Shown here: positions 39,961 to 49,554 of the stretch, piece by piece
How positions within the stretch are numbered: position 1 is the first letter of the stretch
How the letters are laid out: the number at the start of each line of letters is the position of its first letter
Source: Patescibacteria group bacterium UBA1388
GTDB taxonomy: Bacteria > Patescibacteriota > Microgenomatia > UBA1400 > PJMF01
Assembly (NCBI GenBank): GCA_002305355.1
Contig: DBQS01000023.1
Location: forward strand, 4,189-68,188
DNA length: 64,000 nucleotides
Direction: 5' to 3'
Notes under the pieces: model-generated
Database searches by the model: none
The model's input: the letters and a program-made list of their open reading frames with translations, nothing else
Told to the model about the DNA's origin: nothing
Program-made: the position numbers and the translations under genes

Positions 39961-40767
39961 TTATTCAGCAATCACGACGTAGAGAGGCATTAAGGCCACC
40001 TCTGCAGAAGCCATTTTGCCGTCAGAAGTGGTCTCAAAGGTTTGCCAAGCCTCGCCATCCCACCCGGCGATGGTAAGCTGACCTTCTTCTTGAGCTCTGA
40101 TATTGAGCTCCGCTGTGCCGGTTAAAGTAGAGCTAGCGCTGAGGGAATAAGGGTTTGACACGACTCTACCTGGAACATTGTCGGGATAACCTGCATTATT
40201 AAAAATAATCAAAAAGCGGATGACAGATAAATTCTGTGAGCTAATTTGAAACATACCGTCACGAGAAGAAAAGTCAGTTTCTTTCTCAAGATTATCAATA
40301 TATTTCCAATCTGATTTGAGGGCATACGGGTCATCACCTAGAAAGGTTGTTAAAAGTGACCCGCCTTTAATATCTTCGTGATAAGTGCAAGCTCCACCAG
40401 CACTACATGAACCTAAAAATATTTCTTTTGTGATAGGCAGCGTATTGAGGGTTAGTAAATCTTGTTCCGCTTGTACTAAAGTTCCAGTTTGGTACTCAAG
40501 GGTGTAATCAACTTCTTCAGCCGGTTTTTTGACATAGTCAACAGCAAACTCAATGTGGTGTCCGCTTGAAAGAGGAGTTAACCGCATGACCGGTCGTTCT
40601 GAAACAGGAATTACATTTTCTGGCAAGCTAATGCGAGTTTTGTTTTTAGTGGTTTCTTCCGGTTCATCATTAGATGGTCGATTTATCCACCATACCCCGC
40701 CAACTAATAACACCGCTAAAGCAATTACTATGCCAACAAGAATCGGCTTTTTAGGTAAATTCTTCAT
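39961..40767 (-). CDS. Hypothetical exported or membrane-anchored protein
   Basis: 268 aa. N-terminal TM/signal (ILVGIVIALAVLLVGGVWW). No motif recognised. Confidence 0.45.
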   Translation of the reverse strand: MKNLPKKPILVGIVIALAVLLVGGVWWINRPSNDEPEETTKNKTRISLPENVIPVSERPVMRLTPLSSGHHIEFAVDYVKKPAEEVDYTLEYQTGTLVQAEQDLLTLNTLPITKEIFLGSCSAGGACTYHEDIKGGSLLTTFLGDDPYALKSDWKYIDNLEKETDFSSRDGMFQISSQNLSVIRFLIIFNNAGYPDNVPGRVVSNPYSLSASSTLTGTAELNIRAQEEGQLTIAGWDGEAWQTFETTSDGKMASAEVALMPLYVVIAE

Positions 40768-40813
40768 TTTTCTCCTCTTAAAAAATTGAACACGACTAGT
40801 TTACCCTAGCTTG

Positions 40814-42250
40814 TCAAGTTGAAGCTAGCACCATTCCTGATTGAGTTGACTCAAGTTGTTGATTCAGGAATTCTATTAGTTTATTGTACGGCACACGTTC
40901 TTGTTGAGTTGTATCGCGGTGTCTGACCGTCACACTGTCATCTTCTAGTGTTTGAAAGTCAATTGTCACGCAGTAAGGTGTGCCAATTTCATCTTGAGCT
41001 AAATATCGTTTACCAATGTTGCCTCGTTCATCCCAGGCGACAGGATACTTGCTGCGTAAGTGTTGGTAGATTTCGCGAGCCGCAGCAACCAACTCCGGTT
41101 TGTTTTTGAGCAACGGAAACACAGCAACTTTGTAGGGTGCTAGTTGAGGAGTAATTTTTAAGACCACCCGCTGATTGGAAGCATCAAATGAGTAAGCATC
41201 AGTTAAAATCATCAAAAATATTCGATTAATCCCCACCGCTGGTTCAATCACGTGTGGAATAAATTTATCGCCTGTTTGGGAATCTACATATTCCAAAGAT
41301 TTTCCGGAATGGGTCATTTGCTGTTTGAGGTCAAAATCAGTCCGATAAGCTAACCCCCAAAGCTCTTTCCAGCCAAATGAATATTGATACTCCAAATCAT
41401 AAGTTTCTAGGCTGTAATGACTTCGCTCGGCAGGGGAATGTTTTCGCCATCTCAGATGATCGGGATTAATTCCTAGTTGGTAAGTCACAAATGACCATAA
41501 TTGCCGTTTCCATTCATCCATTAATTGACGCCATTCTGATTGCTGAGGATTAAAAAAGTACTCAATTTCACCTTGTTCAAATTCAAGAGTGCGAAAAACA
41601 AATTGTCCAGTAGTGACTTCATTGCGAAATGATTTTCCAAGTTGTCCCACACCAAACGGCAATTGGACACGAGAAGAATCAAGAATATTTTTAAAGTTGG
41701 TAAATATACCTTGCGCAGTTTCACCACGCAAGTAAGTCTTAGACTTTTCCCCGCTCACCGCGCCAATAGCAGTTTCAAATAATAAATTAAATGCTTTAGG
41801 TGCGGAAACGGGATTCCCGTCCGGACTAAGCACTCGGTGTTGTTCAATAAATGCCGTTAACTCATCTAAAGACAGGTCCTCAATAGCTTTAGTCAAGGAC
41901 TGACTATTTTGCCCAAGTTTCGCCCACTCCTCTATTAAATGATCTGCGCGGTAGCGTTTGTGAGTAACTAGATCTTCTACCAGAGGGTCGCTAAATGAAC
42001 CCACATGGCCAGATGCTACCCACGTGTCTGGATGTAATATAATTTGCGAATCAATGCCAACCATATCTTCGCGATTGGTGACAAAAGATTGCCACCAAGC
42101 TTGGCGGATATTACGCAGTAATTCAACTCCGACAGGCCCATAATCATAAGAATTGGCTAGCCCACCATAAATACTGGACGTAGGAAAGACAAAGCCGCGT
42201 CTTTTAGCGAGTGCGACGATTGTTTCAAGTGAGACTGATTGTTTTGACAT
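40814..42250 (-). CDS. glyQS: Glycyl-tRNA synthetase, dimeric alpha2 type
   Basis: 478 aa. N-terminus LAKRRGFVFPTSSIYGGLANSYDYGPVGVELLRNI and class II motifs. Confidence 0.88.
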   Translation of the reverse strand: MSKQSVSLETIVALAKRRGFVFPTSSIYGGLANSYDYGPVGVELLRNIRQAWWQSFVTNREDMVGIDSQIILHPDTWVASGHVGSFSDPLVEDLVTHKRYRADHLIEEWAKLGQNSQSLTKAIEDLSLDELTAFIEQHRVLSPDGNPVSAPKAFNLLFETAIGAVSGEKSKTYLRGETAQGIFTNFKNILDSSRVQLPFGVGQLGKSFRNEVTTGQFVFRTLEFEQGEIEYFFNPQQSEWRQLMDEWKRQLWSFVTYQLGINPDHLRWRKHSPAERSHYSLETYDLEYQYSFGWKELWGLAYRTDFDLKQQMTHSGKSLEYVDSQTGDKFIPHVIEPAVGINRIFLMILTDAYSFDASNQRVVLKITPQLAPYKVAVFPLLKNKPELVAAAREIYQHLRSKYPVAWDERGNIGKRYLAQDEIGTPYCVTIDFQTLEDDSVTVRHRDTTQQERVPYNKLIEFLNQQLESTQSGMVLAST

Positions 42251-42475
42251 AGATTGAATTATTAGTTATAAAAAAAATCCCTGCACTAATAGATCGTGCT
42301 AGGGACCCGAATAGCGGGCGGTTCCACCCTAGTTGATGGCTGATTCATGATCTTCATCAAGCCAGTCATCCCCTCTTAATTTTTTCAGCTCACGGTTGCC
42401 AATGCCGATCAACGCTGATGAGTAGATTGTAGCAAGATTCGTCATAAAAATACATGCTGAGAAAAATGATCAACA
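42251..42475 (-). promoter_or_regulatory. T-box riboswitch leader (glycine-type) with intrinsic terminator, upstream of glyQS
   Basis: Minus-strand RNA contains AACUAGGGUGGAACCGCCCG (T-box core, plus coordinates 42315-42330). It is followed by terminator hairpin UCCCUAGCAC...GUGCAGGGA (42278-42305) and a U8 tract (42270-42277), which ends 20 nt before the glyQS ATG. The variable T-box position is A, complementary to the U73 discriminator of the tRNA-Gly found in this window. GGCA triplets in the upstream stem-I region are candidate specifier codons. Confidence 0.7.
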
Positions 42476-42539
42476 TTAATTTTTTGAAAGAAGATTTATA
42501 AAGAAGAAGTTTCTTAATTTAAGATAAGATGTTCGCAAT

Positions 42540-43094
42540 TCATTTTTCTTGTCGCACAGACAAATATTCAAAGCTCCTCATCGGGCGCTCGCTGATATCT
42601 GCCACAATGTCAAGCACAGATGTTTGAGAGTCAGTTAGTCCTTGCGTGTGATAGCCCAATTTTTCCAATAGCGCGGTGAGTTGTAACTTCACCTGGCCGT
42701 TGGATTGGTGAGTAATCACAATTGAGTCACGCAAATGTAGGACGTGATGATAAATGTTGGTGTCAAGTTCTTCTTCGACAAATAATCGATCAACTATTTC
42801 CAAAAGTTGGGTCAGATGACGAATACTAACCAACGAACCACGAACAGAAGTGGTGTCAGCGAGCAATGTTGCTTGAGTAAGGAGTGGCATTGACTTTGTT
42901 TTGACGCAATGAATCTTGACCAAATTGCCCGGTTCAAGTGCGGCCCGCATCGAAGATTTTAGCTTTCTTACACCTTTCGCTACACAAGCGAGTTTCCCCA
43001 TTTCAGCTGTTAGTAAAACTACTACCCGATCTGTTTCACCCACGCTCGTGCGCTTCAGTACCAAACCCTGGCAACTAAATGTCTTAGAATTCAT
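42540..43094 (-). CDS. recO: DNA repair protein RecO (short form, N-terminal OB-fold domain)
   Basis: 184 aa. The N-terminus GLVLKRTSVGETDRVVVLLTAEMGKLACVAKGVRK matches the RecO OB-fold. The protein is shorter than the typical ~240-aa RecO. Confidence 0.65.
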   Translation of the reverse strand: MNSKTFSCQGLVLKRTSVGETDRVVVLLTAEMGKLACVAKGVRKLKSSMRAALEPGNLVKIHCVKTKSMPLLTQATLLADTTSVRGSLVSIRHLTQLLEIVDRLFVEEELDTNIYHHVLHLRDSIVITHQSNGQVKLQLTALLEKLGYHTQGLTDSQTSVLDIVADISERPMRSFEYLSVRQEK

Positions 43095-43165
43095 GCTTTC
43101 ATCCTAACACATTTGTGCCCACGAACTATAAAAAGGAAAACGATATTTGGTTCACGAAATAAAAA

Positions 43166-45223
43166 TTAAAATTCAGTTTGATATGATGTGTCTTTATCCA
43201 CCAGTATTTTTTCTTCTCCGCCCGTGACATCCATCAATGCTTCATAAGACGTGATCCCGCCTTGTTTCCAGATATCCAGTTTATACTCGGCTGAATCCTG
43301 GTAAGGTACGAGGTACTCTACAATTACTTTGGCGCTGCTATTGGGTTCTAAAATAAAGAAACCGTCAATCACACTTAACCCTGCTTCATCGTAAACTTGA
43401 GGTTCTTCTGTAAATCCTTGTGCGGAAATTACCTCCGATCCTGCAGGAACATAAATCCTCGTCCAGTCACGGAGTGTGGAGTTAAGGCAAAGCAAGCCTG
43501 CTTCCAGGTTGCAATTGTCTGCTCGTCGGTTGTTTTTATAAGTAATCTCTAAAGTTTTCCTTAATTTACCGTTTTCTGGAGGATTGGTAATGACTTGTTT
43601 GACAGTATAGTCGGTAAAAAGGTTAGACTTCGCCCCACCTAAATTGGCATTGACGATGGCCAGGAAATCTTGCCCTTCTTGGGGGGTAGGCATGCGACCT
43701 GCTGCTTTGAGGACCTCGGCTGCAGATTGGTGGGCTGCATCGACAAAATAAAGTTGTAAATGTTTGCCTTGGATTGAACTCCAACCCACACTAGCTAGTT
43801 GCGGCCACTGAGTTTTTGGAGCACCGTATGATTTTGTTAAGATTTCTCGCATCAATGGACCTAAAATACCCTTGCGGTCTTCTCGAAGATAAGGGGTAGG
43901 TCTGGTAATAATTTCAGATAGAGCATAAATAATTTGAGGGCAATCACAAGCCGGATCATTTTCGGCACTGAATGTGCCGTAACCGGGTACATTCACTGGG
44001 CCAAGCACACTCAGTAAAGCAGTTAAGAACTCAGTGTCAACGGCAATAATGCCATCAATTTCCCTTGGTTCACCGGGTATTTCTAAGTAGTGTTCAAAAA
44101 ACTGATCCATTGAAGTTTTATAATCTGGTGAGGTATTCATATCCCTCAGATGCCAATATTTTTCAGTGGTTAAGTATTTGCCCAGCGCTTCAGGAATAGG
44201 AATACGTTGATTAAACTTTTTGTCTAGCTCATAAATATCATCCGATTTTTCTGGTGTAACTTTTCCGTCTTCAACATTGACAACCGCGTAGGCAGTTAAG
44301 AATCCCCCTGTGGGTCGCAACTCATTATCATTTTGAAAAAGAATTAAGTATTTGCGGCGTTCCCCAGTCGCGCCCGCGATTGATGGTAGTTGCTCCAAAA
44401 CAGGCTTGAACTCAGTGACAGCGGTGATTGCTCCAGCTGAAAAATCTTGAGCAAGCGTGATGGTGTTTTTTATTTCATAACCCCGCAGTTCAGCAGGATA
44501 ATGATCTGGATTAAGTTCCGCCAACTCTGCGTTCATGGTCTGCAGTTCAGTAGTGACATCCTCAAGCTCTGGTGTGACTTTTTCTAGTGTTTGGAGAATG
44601 ACTTTCAGTCGGTCTTCAGCTGTGCCGCCTTCAAAGGTTCCTTCTCCCGTAAATCCGAGGATATCTGCATGAGGGGTAATAAGTGCTAGAGCTTTTTCTG
44701 CTGCGGTAATGCCAGCTTTGCCAGCATTGAGGGCATGCTGACCGTCTTCATAATAACGATTGGCAAATGGTAGATAATTATAAAAACCTAATTGATGATA
44801 AAGTTGCTCAATGGTGACTAACTTTTCATCTAATTGCTCGACCGAAACCGCCACCGCCGGTAAGTTTTGCGCTTTAAATTGGTCATAACCCTGAGCCGCA
44901 ATTGCTTTGGCGGCAAATAATTCTGTTTTGAGTTGATTGACCACCAGGTAAGTTTTAAAACCAACCATGCTAAAAATGGTAAGAATAAATATGAAAAACG
45001 CACAAATCCCGATGATAAGTTGATGTTTTTTGGCGAATGCAAATTTATGAGGTGCAATTGCCTGCTCACTCTGAGAAAAGCGAGCTGATTGGGTGTCAGC
45101 TTGATTGGGTTTGAGCGAAGGCTGCTCAGTACCTTCTCCCATGTAGGTTGGTGAATCGTCCTCACTTTTTTGATGACCAGGTTTGGGTAGGGATTTGAAA
45201 AAACTAAAATTTAAACGTGACAT
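43166..45223 (-). CDS. Large membrane-anchored extracytoplasmic protein, DUF4012-like
   Basis: 685 aa. Low-complexity N-terminus, one TM helix, then a large exported domain containing YLILFQNDNELRPTGGFLTAYAVV, which from memory resembles the conserved core of DUF4012-family proteins found beside glycan loci. Confidence 0.45.
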   Translation of the reverse strand: MSRLNFSFFKSLPKPGHQKSEDDSPTYMGEGTEQPSLKPNQADTQSARFSQSEQAIAPHKFAFAKKHQLIIGICAFFIFILTIFSMVGFKTYLVVNQLKTELFAAKAIAAQGYDQFKAQNLPAVAVSVEQLDEKLVTIEQLYHQLGFYNYLPFANRYYEDGQHALNAGKAGITAAEKALALITPHADILGFTGEGTFEGGTAEDRLKVILQTLEKVTPELEDVTTELQTMNAELAELNPDHYPAELRGYEIKNTITLAQDFSAGAITAVTEFKPVLEQLPSIAGATGERRKYLILFQNDNELRPTGGFLTAYAVVNVEDGKVTPEKSDDIYELDKKFNQRIPIPEALGKYLTTEKYWHLRDMNTSPDYKTSMDQFFEHYLEIPGEPREIDGIIAVDTEFLTALLSVLGPVNVPGYGTFSAENDPACDCPQIIYALSEIITRPTPYLREDRKGILGPLMREILTKSYGAPKTQWPQLASVGWSSIQGKHLQLYFVDAAHQSAAEVLKAAGRMPTPQEGQDFLAIVNANLGGAKSNLFTDYTVKQVITNPPENGKLRKTLEITYKNNRRADNCNLEAGLLCLNSTLRDWTRIYVPAGSEVISAQGFTEEPQVYDEAGLSVIDGFFILEPNSSAKVIVEYLVPYQDSAEYKLDIWKQGGITSYEALMDVTGGEEKILVDKDTSYQTEF

Positions 45224-45390
45224 AGTATAGAGCAGGTAACTATTTTATCACCAAAGCAACATTCTATCATTGAAAATCGTAATTGTGGATAGCGCCAAAA
45301 TTGATTTGCCTTCCAAGAGTGAATTTTCTCTGAGCATAATTTTTAAGCATCAATCAATAGATACCAGTCATTCCAGCCTATCAAGTCACC

Positions 45391-46014
45391 CTACCATTTT
45401 GAAATCATCGCCTGGGGAGTTTTCAGAAGGATTTTTATATCATACAAAATTGATTTCTTTTTTGAGTACTCGGCGTCCATTCTGGTTCTCACTCTAAAAG
45501 GCACTTCATTGCGGCCGCTAGTTTGCCACGGGCCAGTTATCCCTGGTTTGACGGAAATTATGTCTTTGATGTAAGGTTTTGTTTCTGGGTAACGCTCGGT
45601 TTGTTCTTCGAGTTCTTTGCGAACATAGGCCCGAGGTCCGACCATACTCATTTCACCCTTGAGAACGTTGTAAAGTTGGGGGAATTCATCAATAGTAAGA
45701 GATCTCAAAAACTTTCCGAGCGGTGTCACACGAGGATCATTTTTTATTTTCCAGTCGCTTTGTTTAAATTTTGCAAGTAATTTTTTATCATACTTATGCA
45801 AAATATCGTCAGCGTTGGGGACCATAGAGCGAAATTTATAGAGATAAAAATCTTTTCCATTTAGCCCCACTCTTTTGTGTTTAAATAAAATTGGTGTGCC
45901 TGAATCGAGAAATATCAAGACTGGTACCACAATCCAAAAAGGTAAAAATAAAAAAATTAAACCGGTGGCAACAAAAAGATCAAGAAGTCTTTTTTGTACA
46001 TCATAGATTGACAT
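45391..46014 (-). CDS. Small monotopic phosphoglycosyl transferase (bacterial sugar transferase; PglC/WbaP C-terminal-domain type)
   Basis: 207 aa. Re-entrant N-terminal helix, then KRVGLNGKDFYLYKFRSM and DEFPQLYNVLKGEMSMVGPRA, the Bac_transf catalytic signature. Confidence 0.85.
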   Translation of the reverse strand: MSIYDVQKRLLDLFVATGLIFLFLPFWIVVPVLIFLDSGTPILFKHKRVGLNGKDFYLYKFRSMVPNADDILHKYDKKLLAKFKQSDWKIKNDPRVTPLGKFLRSLTIDEFPQLYNVLKGEMSMVGPRAYVRKELEEQTERYPETKPYIKDIISVKPGITGPWQTSGRNEVPFRVRTRMDAEYSKKKSILYDIKILLKTPQAMISKW

Positions 46015-47117
46015 TATAAATATTCCTTCTTACCTTCTTCCTTGAGTCGCTCGACAATTTTTTTCACATCCTGACTTTCACTTTTAGGAATGATCATTAG
46101 AATATCTGGTGTATCAATGATCACCATTTCGCTGACACCGCATATTGCCACCAGTCTTTTGTCAGTATGAATCAAATTGTTATGCGAGCGGATTGTGAGC
46201 GTGGGATGCGTTTCGTTGTCGCCAATAATGACATTCCCCTCCAGATTCTTAGCATCAAGATCATAAACTACTTTCCAGTCCCCCACGTCATCCCAACCAA
46301 AATCGCCAGGAATGAGTACCAAATTATCTACTTTCTCAGAAATAGCATAATCAATGGAAATTGTTTCTGCTTTGTCATAAATCTCTGGTAAAGCAGTCTG
46401 AAAATCACTGCGACCCAAGCTTGATAAATGAGCAGTGCGAGTAAAGAGATCAGGCTGGAATTCTTTAAATGCCGCAAGTAATGTTTGTGCTGACCAAACA
46501 TACATATTGGCGTTCCAAAAATACCGACCTGTAGAAATAAAAGCCTGGGCGGTGGCTCGATTTGGTTTTTCGGTAAAATTTTCAACCTGAAAGACATTTT
46601 GACCATGATTGATTTTTTTTAGATCTTGACCAATCTTAATGTATCCAAAACCGGTTGCTGGACGGTTGGGAGTAATTCCCACTGAAACTAGGTATTTGTT
46701 TTCAGCTGCCACTTGATTGGCAGCTTTCATCACATTTAAAAACTCTGTCTCATCTGTCACCACGTGATCGGAGGCACAATTGATAATCACTGCATCATGA
46801 TCAATACTCAGGGCAAATTGGGCTCCAACCAACATCGCCAAGGCAGTATCTCTTTTGTGCGGCTCAGCAATGATGTTTTCTTTAGGTAATGCAGGTAGTT
46901 GGTCCTTAATTTCTTTTTGATATAACTTGTTGGTGACAACAATAATCCTTTCCCAGGGAACAATTTTATTGATGCGGTTGACAGACATCTGCATCATTGT
47001 TTCTGGACCCATTAATTTTAAAAATTGCTTGGGGGTTTGGTTGCGAGATTTGGGCCATAGCCTAGTACCTCCCCCGCCTGCTAAGATGACCGCAAATGTA
47101 TGATCTAAATTTGACAT
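46014..47117 (-). CDS. manC: Mannose-1-phosphate guanylyltransferase (GDP-mannose pyrophosphorylase)
   Basis: 367 aa. N-terminus AVILAGGGGTRLWPKSRNQTPKQFLKL is the nucleotidyltransferase G-loop of ManC-type enzymes. TAATG 1-nt overlap with the downstream phosphoglycosyl transferase gene. Confidence 0.8.
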   Translation of the reverse strand: MSNLDHTFAVILAGGGGTRLWPKSRNQTPKQFLKLMGPETMMQMSVNRINKIVPWERIIVVTNKLYQKEIKDQLPALPKENIIAEPHKRDTALAMLVGAQFALSIDHDAVIINCASDHVVTDETEFLNVMKAANQVAAENKYLVSVGITPNRPATGFGYIKIGQDLKKINHGQNVFQVENFTEKPNRATAQAFISTGRYFWNANMYVWSAQTLLAAFKEFQPDLFTRTAHLSSLGRSDFQTALPEIYDKAETISIDYAISEKVDNLVLIPGDFGWDDVGDWKVVYDLDAKNLEGNVIIGDNETHPTLTIRSHNNLIHTDKRLVAICGVSEMVIIDTPDILMIIPKSESQDVKKIVERLKEEGKKEYL

Positions 47118-47132
47118 AATTCCTTCCCCGGC

Positions 47133-48428
47133 TCAAATTGTACTGTGCTTTTGAAATAATTTGTAGGTAGTGTTTGCAAAATCATGTAGAAATTGGGTTT
47201 TTGTGTAAAGACGAGCAAGTTTAATTGAATCTTGAGGGTTAAATTGATGCTTATCAAACTGTTTGATAACCGTTGCAAGTTCTCGTGCTGTACTTGCCGT
47301 CTGATGCCAAGCTTGTTTGCGGTGCTTTAACACTTCAGAAATACCGCTTTGCTGATGGCAAATCACTCGGGTACCTTCAGCAGCTGCTTCCAATCCAATA
47401 ATCCCAAAATCTTCAATGCCAGCCATTATTAATGCCCAAGCATTTTGAATGAGCTGTTGTTTTTCTTGATGAGAAACTTGGCCTAAGAAGATGATCGATT
47501 GTTGGTTAGATAAGGCACTTGATAAACAAACACTGAGCTTTTCTCCTGCTCGTCTGACATAGGCTGCTCGCCCGGCTTGTTTGATCAAATCTTGTTTTTC
47601 ACTACCCGTTCCGATAATTATAAGAGGTAGGTGAGCAATTTGCGCAGCCTTAATAACTAGGTCTATTTTTTTATATTTTACTAAACGTGACACGACGAGC
47701 AGATATTTCCCTAAAGCTTGTAACTGTGATAAGAGAGTTTTTCTATTCGCTTGCATACCTTGAGTTGGGTGAATGGTATTTTGACGAGTAATTGGGTGAC
47801 GAAGGGGAATGTAAGGAGGATAAATCACAGCATCAACATTCAAATTATAGAATTTTGAAATTCTTTCGGCGACCAATTTAGAGATCGCAATCGTGGCATC
47901 TGGTCGGTGAGCAGCTGCACGATCCCACCATCGCAAGTAGCGCAAGACTGGTTTCATCATCCAACTGGTAAGAATTGATTTAAAACCAGGAAGAGTGTCT
48001 AGATATCCCTCTGGAGGATCATATAAATAACGGGGTGGGGTGAGTTGATAACAGAGATGAAATTGATGTGGTTTGGTTATTACTCCTTTAGCAGCTCCCG
48101 CTGTGACTGAGATGATGATGTCAAATTGATCAAGTTCAAGCGACTCAATGGCAAGCGGAGATAGTGGAGCTGTCAGGCGATAGTGATGCTTAAGACCAGG
48201 AACTCGTTGCAGAAAAGTAGTTTTAATCTGTGCATGATCAATCCAATTAAATTGCGATTTTTCTGCTACCGTTGTAAATATTGGAGCGAGCGGAAAAAGA
48301 TCATGCAGACACTCCAGTACAACCTCGGCACCACCATAACGAATGGCGAGGTGATCATAGATCAATGCAACTGATGATGAAAATTGACGCCGGATAATTT
48401 TTGACATAGGCGAAATGTTTGGCGACAA
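47133..48428 (-). CDS. GT-B glycosyltransferase, family GT4
   Basis: 431 aa. C-terminal EDFGIIGLEAAAEGTRVI (E-x7-E motif). Confidence 0.7.
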   Translation of the reverse strand: MSPNISPMSKIIRRQFSSSVALIYDHLAIRYGGAEVVLECLHDLFPLAPIFTTVAEKSQFNWIDHAQIKTTFLQRVPGLKHHYRLTAPLSPLAIESLELDQFDIIISVTAGAAKGVITKPHQFHLCYQLTPPRYLYDPPEGYLDTLPGFKSILTSWMMKPVLRYLRWWDRAAAHRPDATIAISKLVAERISKFYNLNVDAVIYPPYIPLRHPITRQNTIHPTQGMQANRKTLLSQLQALGKYLLVVSRLVKYKKIDLVIKAAQIAHLPLIIIGTGSEKQDLIKQAGRAAYVRRAGEKLSVCLSSALSNQQSIIFLGQVSHQEKQQLIQNAWALIMAGIEDFGIIGLEAAAEGTRVICHQQSGISEVLKHRKQAWHQTASTARELATVIKQFDKHQFNPQDSIKLARLYTKTQFLHDFANTTYKLFQKHSTI

Positions 48429-48429
48429 C

Positions 48430-49551
48430 TTAAATATTCAAGACCCGTTGATAAGTTTGCCAAGTTTGATTGACTAATTTATGCCAGTTATATTGTTGGC
48501 TGACCGAGATTGCTTTTGCTTGTTGAGAATGAAACAACTGTCTCTTTTCAAGTGCCATAACTTGATCAGCCAAACTTTGAGCTTGATTTGGTTTAAAGAA
48601 AAGTGCTGCCTCTTTATAAATTTCACGAAAAACTGGAATGTCACTGGCAATCACGGGTGTTCGAAAAGCAAGTGCCTCGATACCAGTCAAGCCAAAACCC
48701 TCAGATGTTGATGGTTGGATTAAAGCTTGCGTAGATTGATAAATAGTCGCCAATTGCCGATCATCAACTGCTCCCACATATTCGACTCTTTTAGTCAGTC
48801 GTATTTGTTGGACTTGCTTTAAAAATTGATCAGCAAAGACTGAGCGCGCGCTCACAACTTTCAAGTGATACTTGTCTGGTAAAAGCTTCAGCGCTGTTAA
48901 AATCAAGGCGACATTTTTGTGCGGGTAGAGGGAACCCACATAGAGTAATTGATGTTTGTCACGCTTGCGTAATGGACGAGATTTACCAAATTTGGTGAGC
49001 GCTGATGCTACTCCCTCATAAGTGACCTGTATCTTGTGTTGAACAGTAGGATAAATAGCGACAATCGTTTGAGCAACTGCCCGTGAAGGAACCATGATTT
49101 GTGACGCTCTTTTAATTGCATGGCGAGTAATCAAGCGATAAAAACCATATTTTAACCAATATTGCCAAGCGGGCAAAGTAGTTACTCTTGACCCTCGGTG
49201 GTGATGCCAGAGTAAATCATGAATTGTGAGCACAAATTTGCCTCGATAGAAAATTGGCAAATTGAAGTGTGGAATATGTAGTAAATCTAAGTGGTGACGT
49301 CCAAAAATAAAAGGTAGCAAGAGTTGCTCAGCGAGAGAATAGTGTCTGACGTTGGTCAACACAAGCTCGACATTACTTGGTAAAGACTGGTCTGAAAAAA
49401 GCTCATTAAATTGGGAGCGATTTCGAAAAAATAACACCCAATGCACATCACGATGTTTAATGATTTTCGGTACAAACTCAGCAATGTAACGACCAATGCC
49501 GGCGTGCTCTTTTCCAGCAAGCCGGCAATCAATCCCAATCCGAGTAGTCAT
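48430..49551 (-). CDS. GT-B glycosyltransferase, family GT4
   Basis: 373 aa. EGFGLTGIEALAFRTPVIASDIPVFREI. Confidence 0.8.
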   Translation of the reverse strand: MTTRIGIDCRLAGKEHAGIGRYIAEFVPKIIKHRDVHWVLFFRNRSQFNELFSDQSLPSNVELVLTNVRHYSLAEQLLLPFIFGRHHLDLLHIPHFNLPIFYRGKFVLTIHDLLWHHHRGSRVTTLPAWQYWLKYGFYRLITRHAIKRASQIMVPSRAVAQTIVAIYPTVQHKIQVTYEGVASALTKFGKSRPLRKRDKHQLLYVGSLYPHKNVALILTALKLLPDKYHLKVVSARSVFADQFLKQVQQIRLTKRVEYVGAVDDRQLATIYQSTQALIQPSTSEGFGLTGIEALAFRTPVIASDIPVFREIYKEAALFFKPNQAQSLADQVMALEKRQLFHSQQAKAISVSQQYNWHKLVNQTWQTYQRVLNI

Positions 49552-49554
49552 AGA

